From: Candidatus Omnitrophota bacterium
GTDB taxonomy: Bacteria > Omnitrophota > Gorgyraeia > Gygaellales > Profunditerraquicolaceae
Reading direction: 5' to 3'
Assembly: GCA_028716965.1 (NCBI GenBank)
Contig: JAQUOV010000005.1
Location: 71,009 to 135,008 of the forward strand
Length of the DNA stretch: 64,000 nucleotides
In this document: positions 1-8,772 of the stretch, in pieces
Layout of the letters: the number at the start of each line of letters is the position of its first letter
Position numbering within the stretch: the first letter of the stretch is position 1
Notes under the pieces: model-generated
The model's input: the letters and a program-made list of their open reading frames with translations, nothing else
Told to the model about the DNA's origin: nothing
Database searches by the model: none
Program-made: the position numbers and the translations under genes

Positions 1-396
1 AACTTTTTTCCTGTCCCAATCAGACCCCTTAACCAGGATATCCGGCTTAAGCGCCTTAATTACTTCAAGCGGGTTATTTTGATTAAACAAAACCACAAAA
101 TCCACACAACCAAGCGAAGCTACTATCCTTAAACGGTCAGCCTGACCTACGACCGGACGGTTTTTAGACTTAATACTCCTGATGGAAGAATCGCTGTTAA
201 CTGCTACCACCAGATAATCACCTTTATTCTTGGCATCCTGCAGGTATTTGGTATGCCCATAATGCAGGATATCAAAACAACCATTGGTAAAAACAATACG
301 CTTGCCATCCTGTTTAAGGCGCGCTACTTTACGCTTGAGGATTGAAAGCGAGGTTATTTTTGCTCCTGGCAAAGTTCCTGCTCGATCATTTCGCAT
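1..396 (-). CDS. D-beta-D-heptose 1-phosphate adenylyltransferase (RfaE/HldE domain II, cytidylyltransferase fold); partial, C-terminus beyond window edge
   Basis: Reverse-strand translation (missing from ORF track because it runs off the window) gives MRNDRAGTLPGAKITSLSILKRKVARLKQDGKRIVFTNGCFDILHYGHTKYLQDAKNKGDYLVVAVNSDSSIRSIKSKNRPVV... with the HxGH nucleotidyltransferase motif (HYGH). It lies directly downstream of gmhA and overlaps it by about 40 nt. Start at ATG 394-396 or TTG 370-372. Confidence 0.7.
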   Translation of the reverse strand, partial: MRNDRAGTLPGAKITSLSILKRKVARLKQDGKRIVFTNGCFDILHYGHTKYLQDAKNKGDYLVVAVNSDSSIRSIKSKNRPVVGQADRLRIVASLGCVDFVVLFNQNNPLEVIKALKPDILVKGSDWDRKKV

Positions 397-935
397 ATTA
401 TGTGGGCAATAGTTATGTGCGCTTCCTGAATTCTTGCGGTTATTTTAGAAGGGACCAACAGGGATACATCCGCCAGTTTTACAACCTCCCCTCCGTCTCC
501 TCCGCTTAAGGCAACGGTCTTAATCCCCATCTTCTTGGCCTGCTTGATCCCCAAAGCCACGTTCTTTGCTTTTCCGCTGGTAGATATGCCTATGGCTATA
601 TCATTCTTTTTTCCTAAAGCTTCCACTTGCCTGGCAAAAACCACATCATAACCATAATCATTGGCCAAAGAAGTAAGTATTGAGGTGTTGGTAGTCAAAG
701 CTATGCCGGCTAATGCCGAACGGTCCTTTTTAAAACGGCCGACAAGCTCGGCAGCAATATGCTGGCTGTCGCTGGCTGAACCGCCGTTCCCGAAAACAAT
801 TACCTTCCCGTCCTTCTTTAGGCAATCAATCATAAGCTGAGAAATTTCACAGATTGATTCAATCTGATTGCGCAGGATCTCTTCTTTAACCTGGATACTT
901 TCTAAAAGTATATCTTTAATTCTCTCGCGCATTTT
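354..935 (-). CDS. gmhA: phosphoheptose isomerase (SIS domain, GmhA/DiaA family)
   Basis: SIS-domain sequence (VIVFGNGGSASDSQHIAAELVGRF...GISTSGKAKNV...). The ORF track extends to 1016, but the first 27 codons run through a REP-like repeat. The true start is probably the internal Met (MRERIKDILL). Confidence 0.8.
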   Translation of the reverse strand, partial: KMRERIKDILLESIQVKEEILRNQIESICEISQLMIDCLKKDGKVIVFGNGGSASDSQHIAAELVGRFKKDRSALAGIALTTNTSILTSLANDYGYDVVFARQVEALGKKNDIAIGISTSGKAKNVALGIKQAKKMGIKTVALSGGDGGEVVKLADVSLLVPSKITARIQEAHITIAHIICEMIEQELCQEQK

Positions 936-951
936 TTCCTCCCCGAGGAGG

Positions 952-1030
952 ACACCCGCGCAATTTGCGCTACAAAAGCGCACACCGACGCAATACCTAT
1001 TAGCGTCGGGCGTCAATCAATACGGGGTGT
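952..1030. repeat. REP-like 79-bp palindromic element, copy 1 (diverged centre)
   Basis: ACACCCGCGCAATTTGCGC...GCGTCGGGCG...ACGGGGTGT; terminal inverted repeats ACACCCGCGC / GCGCGGGGTGT. Confidence 0.8.
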
Positions 1031-1042
1031 CTTCCGAAATAT

Positions 1043-2068
1043 TTATCCAAAAAATACTTTAGCAATATCGTAAAGCTCCATATCAACCGTCTTTAAATCC
1101 TTTACTGCCTCCTCAAGCGGCACATCAATAATCTTGATGCCGGCTAAGGCTACCATCCTGCCGAATTTTTTATTCTTGATCAGTTCTACCGCTTTAACCC
1201 CAAGGCGCGTGCCCAGCACCCGGTCAAAAGCAGTCGGAGAACCGCCTCTTTGAATATGGCCCAAAACACTGACCCTGGTTTCAAAACCCGTCCTTTTCTC
1301 AATCTCTGCGGCTAAATTTTCCCCGATACCTCCCAGACGCACATGCCCAAAAGAATCCAGCTTCTGTTCCTGGGTAACCATGGCGCCGTCTTTGAACTGG
1401 GCGCCTTCGGCCACTACAACAATACTAAAAGTCTTGCCTCTCTCATGTCTTTTCTTAATGATCCTGCAGACTTCCTCTAAATCAATCGGGATCTCAGGGA
1501 TAAGGATAACATCTGCGCCGCCGGCAATACCGGACTCAATTGCGATCCAGCCCGCGTGCCTGCCCATGACTTCAGCCACGATAATACGGTGGTGGCTTTC
1601 GGCTGTAGTATGCAGACGGTCAATACATTCCATAGCCACGTTCAAAGCAGTATCAAAACCAAAAGTATAGTCAGTAGCCGACAGGTCATTATCAATTGTT
1701 TTCGGAACCCCGATGATATTAGAGAGCCCGTCTTTCACCAGTTTGGAAGCAACCCCCAAAGTATCCTCCCCGCCTACGGCAACTAGGGCATCAAGGCCGA
1801 TTTTCTTGAAATTTGCCTGGGCCTTTTCCAAATCACCCTGTTTCTTGTACGGGTTAGTGCGGCTGGTCCCCAGGATAGTCCCGCCTTTAGGCAGTATACC
1901 GGAAACAGTACTTATATTTAAAGGCATAGTGTCATTTTCAACCAGGCCTTTCCAGCCGTTTTTAATGCCTACTATCTCATAACCTTCAAGCAAAGCCTTA
2001 CGTACCACCGCGCGTATAACCGGATTTAAACCCGGACAATCCCCCCCGCCTGTTAAAATCCCAATCCT
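1043..2068 (-). CDS. pfk: 6-phosphofructokinase (ATP- or PPi-dependent PFK family)
   Basis: MARIGILTGGGDCPGLNPVIRAVV... is the classic PFK N-terminus, followed by GGDGS-type motifs. The track ORF extends to 2263, but the likely start is the Met at 2068. Confidence 0.85.
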   Translation of the reverse strand, partial: RIGILTGGGDCPGLNPVIRAVVRKALLEGYEIVGIKNGWKGLVENDTMPLNISTVSGILPKGGTILGTSRTNPYKKQGDLEKAQANFKKIGLDALVAVGGEDTLGVASKLVKDGLSNIIGVPKTIDNDLSATDYTFGFDTALNVAMECIDRLHTTAESHHRIIVAEVMGRHAGWIAIESGIAGGADVILIPEIPIDLEEVCRIIKKRHERGKTFSIVVVAEGAQFKDGAMVTQEQKLDSFGHVRLGGIGENLAAEIEKRTGFETRVSVLGHIQRGGSPTAFDRVLGTRLGVKAVELIKNKKFGRMVALAGIKIIDVPLEEAVKDLKTVDMELYDIAKVFFG

Positions 2069-2132
2069 TGCCATTTCTTGATCCTCCTTGTGTACAAACA
2101 CACACCGGCCATTCCTTTTGGGCCGGGTGTCT

Positions 2133-2741
2133 TTAAACTCTCCCATAGCCGCTGAAAGGTATTGCGGATGAATCTTCCTTGTCAAAATCCCTTTTCTTGC
2201 GGCTGTCCTTTTCATCATGAGATATCTTTGCGACATGTATTTTAATGATGACCTGCTCTTCAAGGCCCAAGATTTCCTGAATCTTGGATTTAGTGATATC
2301 CTGCAGCCTTGAGGTAAGCTCCGGGATGTTCGCCTCGGAACGCAGGATTATACGCATGTCCACAATAATACCTTTTTTATTTGCCACAACATTTGGCCTT
2401 AATTCTTTTACCTCCGGGATAACACCTGCCAGGCGGCGGATCAAATCCTCCACGGCAGAAAGCGAAATAGTTACCTGCCCGCTTGAGGTAGTAAAAGCAA
2501 TGGTCTTCTCCCTCTGAAAGCGGCCTAAAATAATCTGGGCAAAAGAGAAGCTTATAAGGATTAAAAGTACTCCGGATAGCCCGATAATCAGTCTGGAATT
2601 AGGGCTGGACTGGGCATAGATAAGCAGACTGTTAATATCCTGGGGCATTACCATATTCAATGAAAAAACAATAAAGGTCAAACCGATAACGATAATAATA
2701 ACAGCATAAAACATGATCCCCAGTACGGTAAAGAACTTCAT
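2133..2741 (-). CDS. membrane-anchored Asp23/Gls24-associated protein (AmaP-like), hypothetical
   Basis: Two N-terminal hydrophobic helices followed by a domain resembling the Asp23 fold. It is immediately upstream of an Asp23-family gene. Confidence 0.4.
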   Translation of the reverse strand: MKFFTVLGIMFYAVIIIVIGLTFIVFSLNMVMPQDINSLLIYAQSSPNSRLIIGLSGVLLILISFSFAQIILGRFQREKTIAFTTSSGQVTISLSAVEDLIRRLAGVIPEVKELRPNVVANKKGIIVDMRIILRSEANIPELTSRLQDITKSKIQEILGLEEQVIIKIHVAKISHDEKDSRKKRDFDKEDSSAIPFSGYGRV

Positions 2742-2743
2742 CC

Positions 2744-3097
2744 CTACCCCCTTTCTATACCTTGCACATTTACATTAATATCTTTTACGGAAAGATTGGT
2801 CATCTTCTCTAATGCCTGACGCACATTTTCCTGGACGCGGCAAGCGGTATCCGGGATATTATAGCCATATTTGATAATCACCGGTATCTCCACCTTCACC
2901 TCTTCATTTTTGGATATTTCTACTTTTACGGCAAGAGAGGTTTTCTGCCCGATTAATTCAAGCAAGCTGCTCTTTAAATCTGCCCCCACTTTTTTAACCC
3001 CTTCTATTTCCATGGCGGCAACGGAAGATATGGAGGAGATCACATTCTTATGTATCCTTACGCTGCCAAGCTCATTCCTTGACTCATCACGGTTCAC
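2744..3097 (-). CDS. Asp23/Gls24 family envelope stress protein
   Basis: 117 aa; SSVAAMEIEGVKKV... pattern typical of alkaline shock protein 23 family. Confidence 0.65.
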   Translation of the reverse strand: MNRDESRNELGSVRIHKNVISSISSVAAMEIEGVKKVGADLKSSLLELIGQKTSLAVKVEISKNEEVKVEIPVIIKYGYNIPDTACRVQENVRQALEKMTNLSVKDINVNVQGIERG

Positions 3098-3172
3098 CCC
3101 GCACCTTCTTTCTATTTAATGGATTAAACGTACGGCCTTAATAGCTGCACATCTCGTAGCTGCTTGATTCAT

Positions 3173-4534
3173 CTATTCTCCTTTAGCATCGTTTACTAAG
3201 GTGTCTTGCACAAAATGCGTGGAAATGTCGCCTTTCTTAAATAACGGGTTATCCATTAATTTAAGATGAAAAGGTATGGTAGTTTTAATAGGGGCGATAT
3301 GAAATTCGCTTAATGCCCTGCGCATAGTTTTAATTGCCTCCTGGCGGCTATTGCCGTAAACAATCAGCTTGGCTAGGAGCGAATCATAATAAGAAGGCAC
3401 TTCATACCCGGAGTAAATATGAGTATCGATGCGCACATTTGGCCCCCCGGGCAAAATCAGTGATTCTATCTTGCCCGGAGACGGCATAAAATTATTATCC
3501 GCGTCTTCTGCGTTAATACGGCATTCTATCGCCGCGCCCTTAATCTGTACATTCTCCTGCTGGATCTTCAGTTTCTCTCCGCTTGAGACCCGGATCTGCT
3601 CTTTAATCAAGTCAATACCGGTAACCATTTCGGTAACCGGATGCTCCACCTGGATACGCGTATTCATCTCCATGAAATAGAAATTGTTGGTCTTGGCATC
3701 CAGCAAAAACTCAATAGTGCCGCAACTAAGGTAACCGATGGATTTCATCCCCTTTAAAACCATCTCTCCCAGTTTACGGCGCATCTTACTATCCACTGCC
3801 GGAGAAGGAGATTCCTCAAGCAGTTTCTGGTGCCTCCTCTGGACACTACAGTCCCTCTCTCCCAGCTGCAAGACATGGCCCTGGCGGTCAGCAATAATCT
3901 GAACTTCAATATGGCGCGGCTTTTCAATGTATTTCTCAATGTAGACGCTGGAATTGCCGAAATTCGCTTCTGCCTCGCTCTGCGCGGTCAAAAGGCTGGA
4001 GACCAAAGTTAAATCATTATGGCAAATACGCATCCCCTTGCCTCCGCCTCCGGCAGCTGCCTTGATTATCACAGGATAGCCGATCTCCTTGGCAGTCTTA
4101 AGCGCTTCTTCTTTATTCTTAATGATCGCGCGGCTTCCCGGCACAATAGGCAGGCCTGCCTTCTGCATAGTCGTACGCGCAGCCATCTTATCTCCCATAA
4201 GGCGGATATTCTCCGGGGTCGGGCCGATAAAAGTAATCTTGCAGGATTCGCATATCTCGGCGAAATGCGCATTTTCAGCCAAAAACCCATAACCCGGATG
4301 GATAGCCTCTACATCGGTAATTTCTGCCGCGCTGATAATAGCGGGAATATTCAAATAGCTGCTGCTGGAAGATGCCTGCCCGATACAGATTGCCTCATCG
4401 GCAAAGCGTACGTGCAGGCTGTTACGGTCGGCCTGAGAGTATACGGCAACGGTACGGATACCCATCTCATGACAGGCGCGGATTATTCTTAAGGCGATTT
4501 CGCCCCGGTTGGCAATGAGGATTTTAGAGAACAT
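3173..4534 (-). CDS. accC: acetyl-CoA carboxylase biotin carboxylase subunit
   Basis: [21 protein letters not shown]...ATP-grasp; [14 protein letters not shown] motif; followed by accB. Confidence 0.92.
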   Translation of the reverse strand: MFSKILIANRGEIALRIIRACHEMGIRTVAVYSQADRNSLHVRFADEAICIGQASSSSSYLNIPAIISAAEITDVEAIHPGYGFLAENAHFAEICESCKITFIGPTPENIRLMGDKMAARTTMQKAGLPIVPGSRAIIKNKEEALKTAKEIGYPVIIKAAAGGGGKGMRICHNDLTLVSSLLTAQSEAEANFGNSSVYIEKYIEKPRHIEVQIIADRQGHVLQLGERDCSVQRRHQKLLEESPSPAVDSKMRRKLGEMVLKGMKSIGYLSCGTIEFLLDAKTNNFYFMEMNTRIQVEHPVTEMVTGIDLIKEQIRVSSGEKLKIQQENVQIKGAAIECRINAEDADNNFMPSPGKIESLILPGGPNVRIDTHIYSGYEVPSYYDSLLAKLIVYGNSRQEAIKTMRRALSEFHIAPIKTTIPFHLKLMDNPLFKKGDISTHFVQDTLVNDAKGE

Positions 4535-4543
4535 CTTTAATGA

Positions 4544-4606
4544 ACGCATAACTTACGGCAGCGCAAAATCTAAAAAACGAAGCGTAAGCTATTTGCGTAA
4601 GTTAAC
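4544..4606. repeat. GCGCATAACTTAC hairpin-family element (accB-accC spacer)
   Basis: gaacgcataacttacggcagcgc...gcgtaagc...gcgtaagttaac. Confidence 0.55.
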
Positions 4607-4617
4607 ACTCTCCATTT

Positions 4618-5085
4618 TTAGAGCGGGTCAATAAGGAATAAAGACTGGCCAAATTCTACAGGTTCAGCGTTATCTACCAATATCTCAAGGATCTTGCCCT
4701 TAACCTCTGATTTTATCTCATTCATCAACTTCATCGCTTCTATAATACAAATTACCTGCCCTGCTTCAATGACCTGCCCAACCTCAACATAAGCGGCAGA
4801 TTCTGGGCTGGGGGCGCGGTAAAAAGTCCCTACCATGGGGGCCTTTATCTCTACTGTCTTGACAATACTCTTTTCTTCTGCTGCGGGAGCGCCCTGGGCC
4901 TTCTCTTGAGGTAACGGGGCATTCTGCCCATGAAATACCACCGGTCCGCTAAAACTCTCAATCCCGGTAGCTGTCTTCTTAAGCCGGATACGCATATCAT
5001 CCTTTTCTATCTCCAGCTCAACAAGGCTATTTTCATTCATCAAATTAATCATTTCTTTGATTTCCTTGATATTCACAACGCCCAT
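4618..5085 (-). CDS. accB: biotin carboxyl carrier protein
   Basis: C-terminal biotinyl domain with EAMKLMNEI (biotin-Lys motif). Confidence 0.9.
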   Translation of the reverse strand: MGVVNIKEIKEMINLMNENSLVELEIEKDDMRIRLKKTATGIESFSGPVVFHGQNAPLPQEKAQGAPAAEEKSIVKTVEIKAPMVGTFYRAPSPESAAYVEVGQVIEAGQVICIIEAMKLMNEIKSEVKGKILEILVDNAEPVEFGQSLFLIDPL

Positions 5086-5176
5086 CCTTTCTATTACAAC
5101 TTCATCATAATAAAGATAAAGTTATTACAGAGTTCCTGCCTGAGGCCTGCCTGACGGCAGTGAAGGCGGGCAGGTT

Positions 5177-5743
5177 TTAATTTACCCTTTCAGCATAGGT
5201 GCCGCCGGTACGCGTATCTACCTTTATCCTATCCCCCACATTGATAAACAAGGGGACTTGTATAACTGCTCCCGTATCCACCTTAGCCGGTTTATTCCCG
5301 CTCTTTGAGGAATCCCCTTTAAAACCCGGCTCAGTTTCTATGATATTAAATTCAATAAAATTAGGCAAATTCACGGCCAAGGCTGAGCCTTTGAAGAAAT
5401 ACCCCATAATCTCCAGGTTGTCTTTTAAGAACTTGGCCTTCTCCGCGATAATATCCTCGGATATAGCAATCTCTTCAAAGTTGTCTTGGTCCATAAAATG
5501 GTATATCCCCGCGCTGAAATATTGATATTGCAGCTTGCGTTCCTCCACATAAGCCTGTTCTATCTTCTCTTCCCCGCGGAAGGTCTTTTCCTGGATATTA
5601 TTTGTCTTCATGTCACGTAGCCTTGCCCGCACAAAAGCCGCGCCCTTACCGGGCTTTACATGCTGGGCGTCAACGCAGACATAGACAACACCGTCCACTA
5701 AAACAGTCACACCTGATTTGATTTCATTAATTGATAGCGCCAC
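5177..5743 (-). CDS. efp: elongation factor P
   Basis: 188 aa, KPGKGAAFVRARLRD motif around conserved Lys. Confidence 0.92.
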   Translation of the reverse strand: MALSINEIKSGVTVLVDGVVYVCVDAQHVKPGKGAAFVRARLRDMKTNNIQEKTFRGEEKIEQAYVEERKLQYQYFSAGIYHFMDQDNFEEIAISEDIIAEKAKFLKDNLEIMGYFFKGSALAVNLPNFIEFNIIETEPGFKGDSSKSGNKPAKVDTGAVIQVPLFINVGDRIKVDTRTGGTYAERVN

Positions 5744-6785
5744 TTAAGACCTCGCATCCTTTACTGGTTACTAAGATCATATCCTCTATCCTTATCCCGA
5801 ATCTTGCCGGTAAATATACCCCCGGTTCTATAGTAAAAACCATCCCCGGCTTGACCGCGCTTGCTTCATTTCCTGAAATACGCGGGTCCTCATGTACCTC
5901 CAGTCCGAGACCGTGGCCAAGGTTATGGGTAAAATAGCGGCCATACCCCTTTGAAGCTATATATTCCCGCGCAACTTTATCAATTGCAGCCATTTCTGCG
6001 CCAGGCCTGACCCTTTTTATTGCCAATTTCTGGGCCTTGAGGACAATATCATAGACCTTGCGCACAAGAAAATTTATTTTACCCAAAAATAAAACTCTTG
6101 TCAAGTCGGATTTATACCCTTGGTAGTCAACTCCCAGGTCAATAAGTACCGGTTCATTATCCCTTAACCTCCTCTGCCCGGAAAGGTGGTGCGGTTGGCT
6201 TGAGTTAGGCCCTGAAGCCACGATTATATCAAAAGCAGAAGCGTTGCAGCCATGGTACCTTATAAACCGCTCAAACTCTGCTGCTATCTCTATCTCTTTT
6301 ACCCCGGGAACAACAAACTTCTTGATATGCTCAAATGCCAAGGATGTAATCCGGGTTGCCTGTTTAAGCTTTTTGATCTCCAGGCTATCCTTGACCTGCC
6401 TTTTATCTTCAATAATACTATGCGTGGGGATCAACTCAAGGCGGCCATTGGCATATTCTTTGATTTTGGCAAACTCCGCAAACGGAAGGTACCTTTCCTC
6501 AAACCCCAGCCTTTTTAACCCCAGGCCCAAAGATGCTTCGGCAATCCGCTTGAATACCGAACCATTGCACTCTTTAAGCCTGATCTTACTGTTTAGAAAG
6601 GCTTTTGCTTCTTCAGTATAGCGGGAATCGGTAAAATAGATACTCTTTTTTTCGGAAAGCAAAAGGTAGGAATCACGGCTTAAAAATTCAGCAAGATAGG
6701 ATATATTCGCCGGCAGGCAAACAAGCAAACCATCAAGCCTTCTTTGCTTCAACTGTGAATATATGCCTTTTAAGCGGGAGCTCAT
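5727..6785 (-). CDS. pepP: Xaa-Pro aminopeptidase (M24 family)
   Basis: Creatinase/prolidase N-domain plus M24 catalytic domain ([13 protein letters not shown]); often adjacent to efp. Confidence 0.8.
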   Translation of the reverse strand: MSSRLKGIYSQLKQRRLDGLLVCLPANISYLAEFLSRDSYLLLSEKKSIYFTDSRYTEEAKAFLNSKIRLKECNGSVFKRIAEASLGLGLKRLGFEERYLPFAEFAKIKEYANGRLELIPTHSIIEDKRQVKDSLEIKKLKQATRITSLAFEHIKKFVVPGVKEIEIAAEFERFIRYHGCNASAFDIIVASGPNSSQPHHLSGQRRLRDNEPVLIDLGVDYQGYKSDLTRVLFLGKINFLVRKVYDIVLKAQKLAIKRVRPGAEMAAIDKVAREYIASKGYGRYFTHNLGHGLGLEVHEDPRISGNEASAVKPGMVFTIEPGVYLPARFGIRIEDMILVTSKGCEVLSGAIN

Positions 6786-7225
6786 TTTGCCTCAATCAGG
6801 TCAATGATAGCAGATAAGCCCAAGGTGTAACTTTTTGCCCCAAAACCCATGATTGTACCTTTAGCCACAGGGCTGATCAATGACTTATGCCTGAACTCTT
6901 CGCGGGAATAAATATTGGAAAGATGCACCTCTACCACAATTAATCCGCAGGCGGCGATGGCGTCGCGCACAGCCACGCTTGTATGGGTATAAGCAGCGGG
7001 GTTAATTAAAATACCTTGAAATTTATTTTTGCGCGCCCTGCCGATTAAATCCACAATCAACCCTTCATGGTTAGACTGCCTGATAGCCAAAGAAACCTTG
7101 TCCCTTTTGGCCTGGGCTTTAAGCGTGCGGTTAATTTCGGCTAAAGTCAGGCGGCCATAGATTCCCGGCTCCCTTTTTCCTAAAAGGTCCAAATTAGGCC
7201 CGTGTATGACCAGTATTTTCTTCAA
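6782..7225 (-). CDS. aroQ: 3-dehydroquinate dehydratase type II
   Basis: [24 protein letters not shown]... canonical type II DHQase. Confidence 0.9.
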   Translation of the reverse strand: MKKILVIHGPNLDLLGKREPGIYGRLTLAEINRTLKAQAKRDKVSLAIRQSNHEGLIVDLIGRARKNKFQGILINPAAYTHTSVAVRDAIAACGLIVVEVHLSNIYSREEFRHKSLISPVAKGTIMGFGAKSYTLGLSAIIDLIEAK

Positions 7226-7233
7226 GGCTTCCC

Positions 7234-7264
7234 CCTATATTCTATATACTACATACTATCTACT
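7234..7264. repeat. TA-rich 'TAGTA/TACTA' spacer element (upstream of aroQ)
   Basis: Plus: ctatattctatatactacatactatctactg. The sense (minus) strand reads CAGTAGATAGTATGTAGTATATAGAATATAGGGGG, 12 nt before the start codon. Confidence 0.7.
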
Positions 7265-7267
7265 GCT

Positions 7268-7420
7268 TTATTCCGCCTCATCAATCAACATCACCGGGAT
7301 ACCCTCACGCACAGGATATCTTCTACCGCACTTCTTGCAGACTATTTTATTATCTTTTAACTCCACATCGGCTTTACAGGCAGGACAAGCCAGTATATTC
7401 AACAGCTCTTTATCGATCAT
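7268..7420 (-). CDS. Trm112 family small zinc-ribbon protein
   Basis: MIDKELLNILACPACKADVELKDNKIVCKKCGRRYPVREGIPVMLIDEA; the track ORF's 5' extension runs into the REP element. Confidence 0.75.
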   Translation of the reverse strand: MIDKELLNILACPACKADVELKDNKIVCKKCGRRYPVREGIPVMLIDEAE

Positions 7421-7436
7421 TTTGTCTACAAAGACA

Positions 7437-7515
7437 ACACCCGCGCAATTTGCGCCAGCCTTGCGCACACCAACGCAATTCCTTATTAGCGTTGGGTGCC
7501 ATTAGCGCGGGGTGT
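7437..7515. repeat. REP-like 79-bp palindromic element, copy 2
   Basis: ACACCCGCGCAATTTGCGCCAGCCTTGCGCACACCAACGCAATTCCTTATTAGCGTTGGGTGCCATTAGCGCGGGGTGT; nested inverted repeats. Confidence 0.85.
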
Positions 7516-7941
7516 GTCCTCCCCTGTTCCAGGAGCAAGATAAGCCACCCTTAATTCATAAAGCAGGTTTTCCAAAAGTTTTGTTTCTTCGGGAGTCAGA
7601 TTCCCTTTAGTTTTACCCTGCAACATCCCTAATGTATCAATGATAAATTTTGCCTGGGCAGGGTCTTTTTGAGTTTTTTTGGTCTCCGGATTAACCATAT
7701 GCCCCAAAGCAATGGAAGCCTGTAAAGCAAGAGTAGTAACAAAGAATTTAAAATCCGGGTCAGGGGGGATAAAATTACCCTCCCCTTTATTAGCCAGCTT
7801 TTCCTTCTCTATGTTCTCTTTCCAGACCTCATCAACTTTCTTCTGGCTTCGGCTATCGGAAGCCAAACCATTGCCTTGCGGCTTATGGCTTCGGCTATCG
7901 CAGGCCGAACCCTCGCCTTCCGGTTTCTTTATCTCATCCAT
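7486..7941 (-). CDS. DUF1844-like hypothetical protein; C-terminal end encoded by a REP element, N-terminus contains in-frame 35-bp tandem repeat
   Basis: FIPPDPDFKFFVTTLALQASIALG core; last ~15 codons lie inside REP copy 7437-7515. Confidence 0.5.
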   Translation of the reverse strand: MDEIKKPEGEGSACDSRSHKPQGNGLASDSRSQKKVDEVWKENIEKEKLANKGEGNFIPPDPDFKFFVTTLALQASIALGHMVNPETKKTQKDPAQAKFIIDTLGMLQGKTKGNLTPEETKLLENLLYELRVAYLAPGTGEDTPRANGTQR

Positions 7942-7944
7942 ATT

Positions 7945-8772
7945 TTAACAGATTGTGACTCCGGCGTAGCCAACAACACTGCTGGTATCTCCGCTGACGT
8001 CGCCGCTGGTTTGATATTTAACTAACCTGCCCTTTTTTGCCCCAAGCAGCCTGGCGGCCCTTAATAAAACCGCTACCGCTGCAAAACCGCACATGGAAAT
8101 ATCTGCCCGCTTAACTACCGCCCCAAGTTTATCTTCATCCAAAGCGGTTATTGCCTCTATCGCCATGGCATCTTTTCTTTCCGCGCTCTTCTGTGATTCA
8201 TAATGTGTCATATCCGAGCTGGCAACAAAGATGATCGAGTTTATAAGATTATTCCTGATAATTACTCCTGCCAGCTCATCCGCAACTATTTTAAGCTTAT
8301 CTAATTCATCATTCTTAATAACAATTGGAACGATCTTAAAATCTTTCTTAAAATACTGCAGCATAGGCAGCTCTACTTCCAATGAATGTTCATCGGTATG
8401 GGCAAGAGTATCGGCCTCCAGATACCTTGAACTGCTCAGGAATAAATTTGCCAGCCGGGAATCAATCTCTACATTGCCCAAGGGAGTCTGCCAATACCCC
8501 CGGACCATCAGGCTAAAGTCCGGTCCGCTTCCATAATGATTAGGCCCTAAAAGGATAACTGTATCTTTGATACTTATCCCCGAAAGCGTCTGGACAGCCA
8601 CACTTCCGGAATAAGCATACCCGGCGTGAGGCAACATGCAACCTATCGCATTCTGCTTTTGCGCAATCCTGCCGCTGCCAAAAGAAGAGATCATCTCAAG
8701 AATAACATCCGGTTGCGATGGATAAAACTGCCCGGCGGCTGAAGGCTTGCGGATATTAAGCTGGTTCATCAT
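7945..8772 (-). CDS. MEMO1 family / AmmeMemoRadiSam system protein B
   Basis: AGQFYP signature at N-terminus, ~275 aa. Confidence 0.8.
   Translation of the reverse strand: MMNQLNIRKPSAAGQFYPSQPDVILEMISSFGSGRIAQKQNAIGCMLPHAGYAYSGSVAVQTLSGISIKDTVILLGPNHYGSGPDFSLMVRGYWQTPLGNVEIDSRLANLFLSSSRYLEADTLAHTDEHSLEVELPMLQYFKKDFKIVPIVIKNDELDKLKIVADELAGVIIRNNLINSIIFVASSDMTHYESQKSAERKDAMAIEAITALDEDKLGAVVKRADISMCGFAAVAVLLRAARLLGAKKGRLVKYQTSGDVSGDTSSVVGYAGVTIC

Noticed and set aside
936-1016. N-terminal 27-codon extension of gmhA (MTPDANRYCVGVRFCSANCAGVLLGEEK)
   Set aside because: It is encoded by the REP-like palindrome and is Cys/Arg-rich nonsense. A better start is the internal Met preceding the SIS domain.
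2069-2263. 65-codon 5' extension of pfk
   Set aside because: It overlaps the AmaP-like gene. The PFK family N-terminus (MxRIGILTGGGD) begins at the internal Met at 2068.
5086-5176. GC-rich hairpin CCTGCC...GGCAGG after efp as an intrinsic terminator
   Set aside because: It is not followed by a U-tract on the minus strand, and accB follows with normal spacing. At most it is a weak attenuator. I could not support a terminator call.
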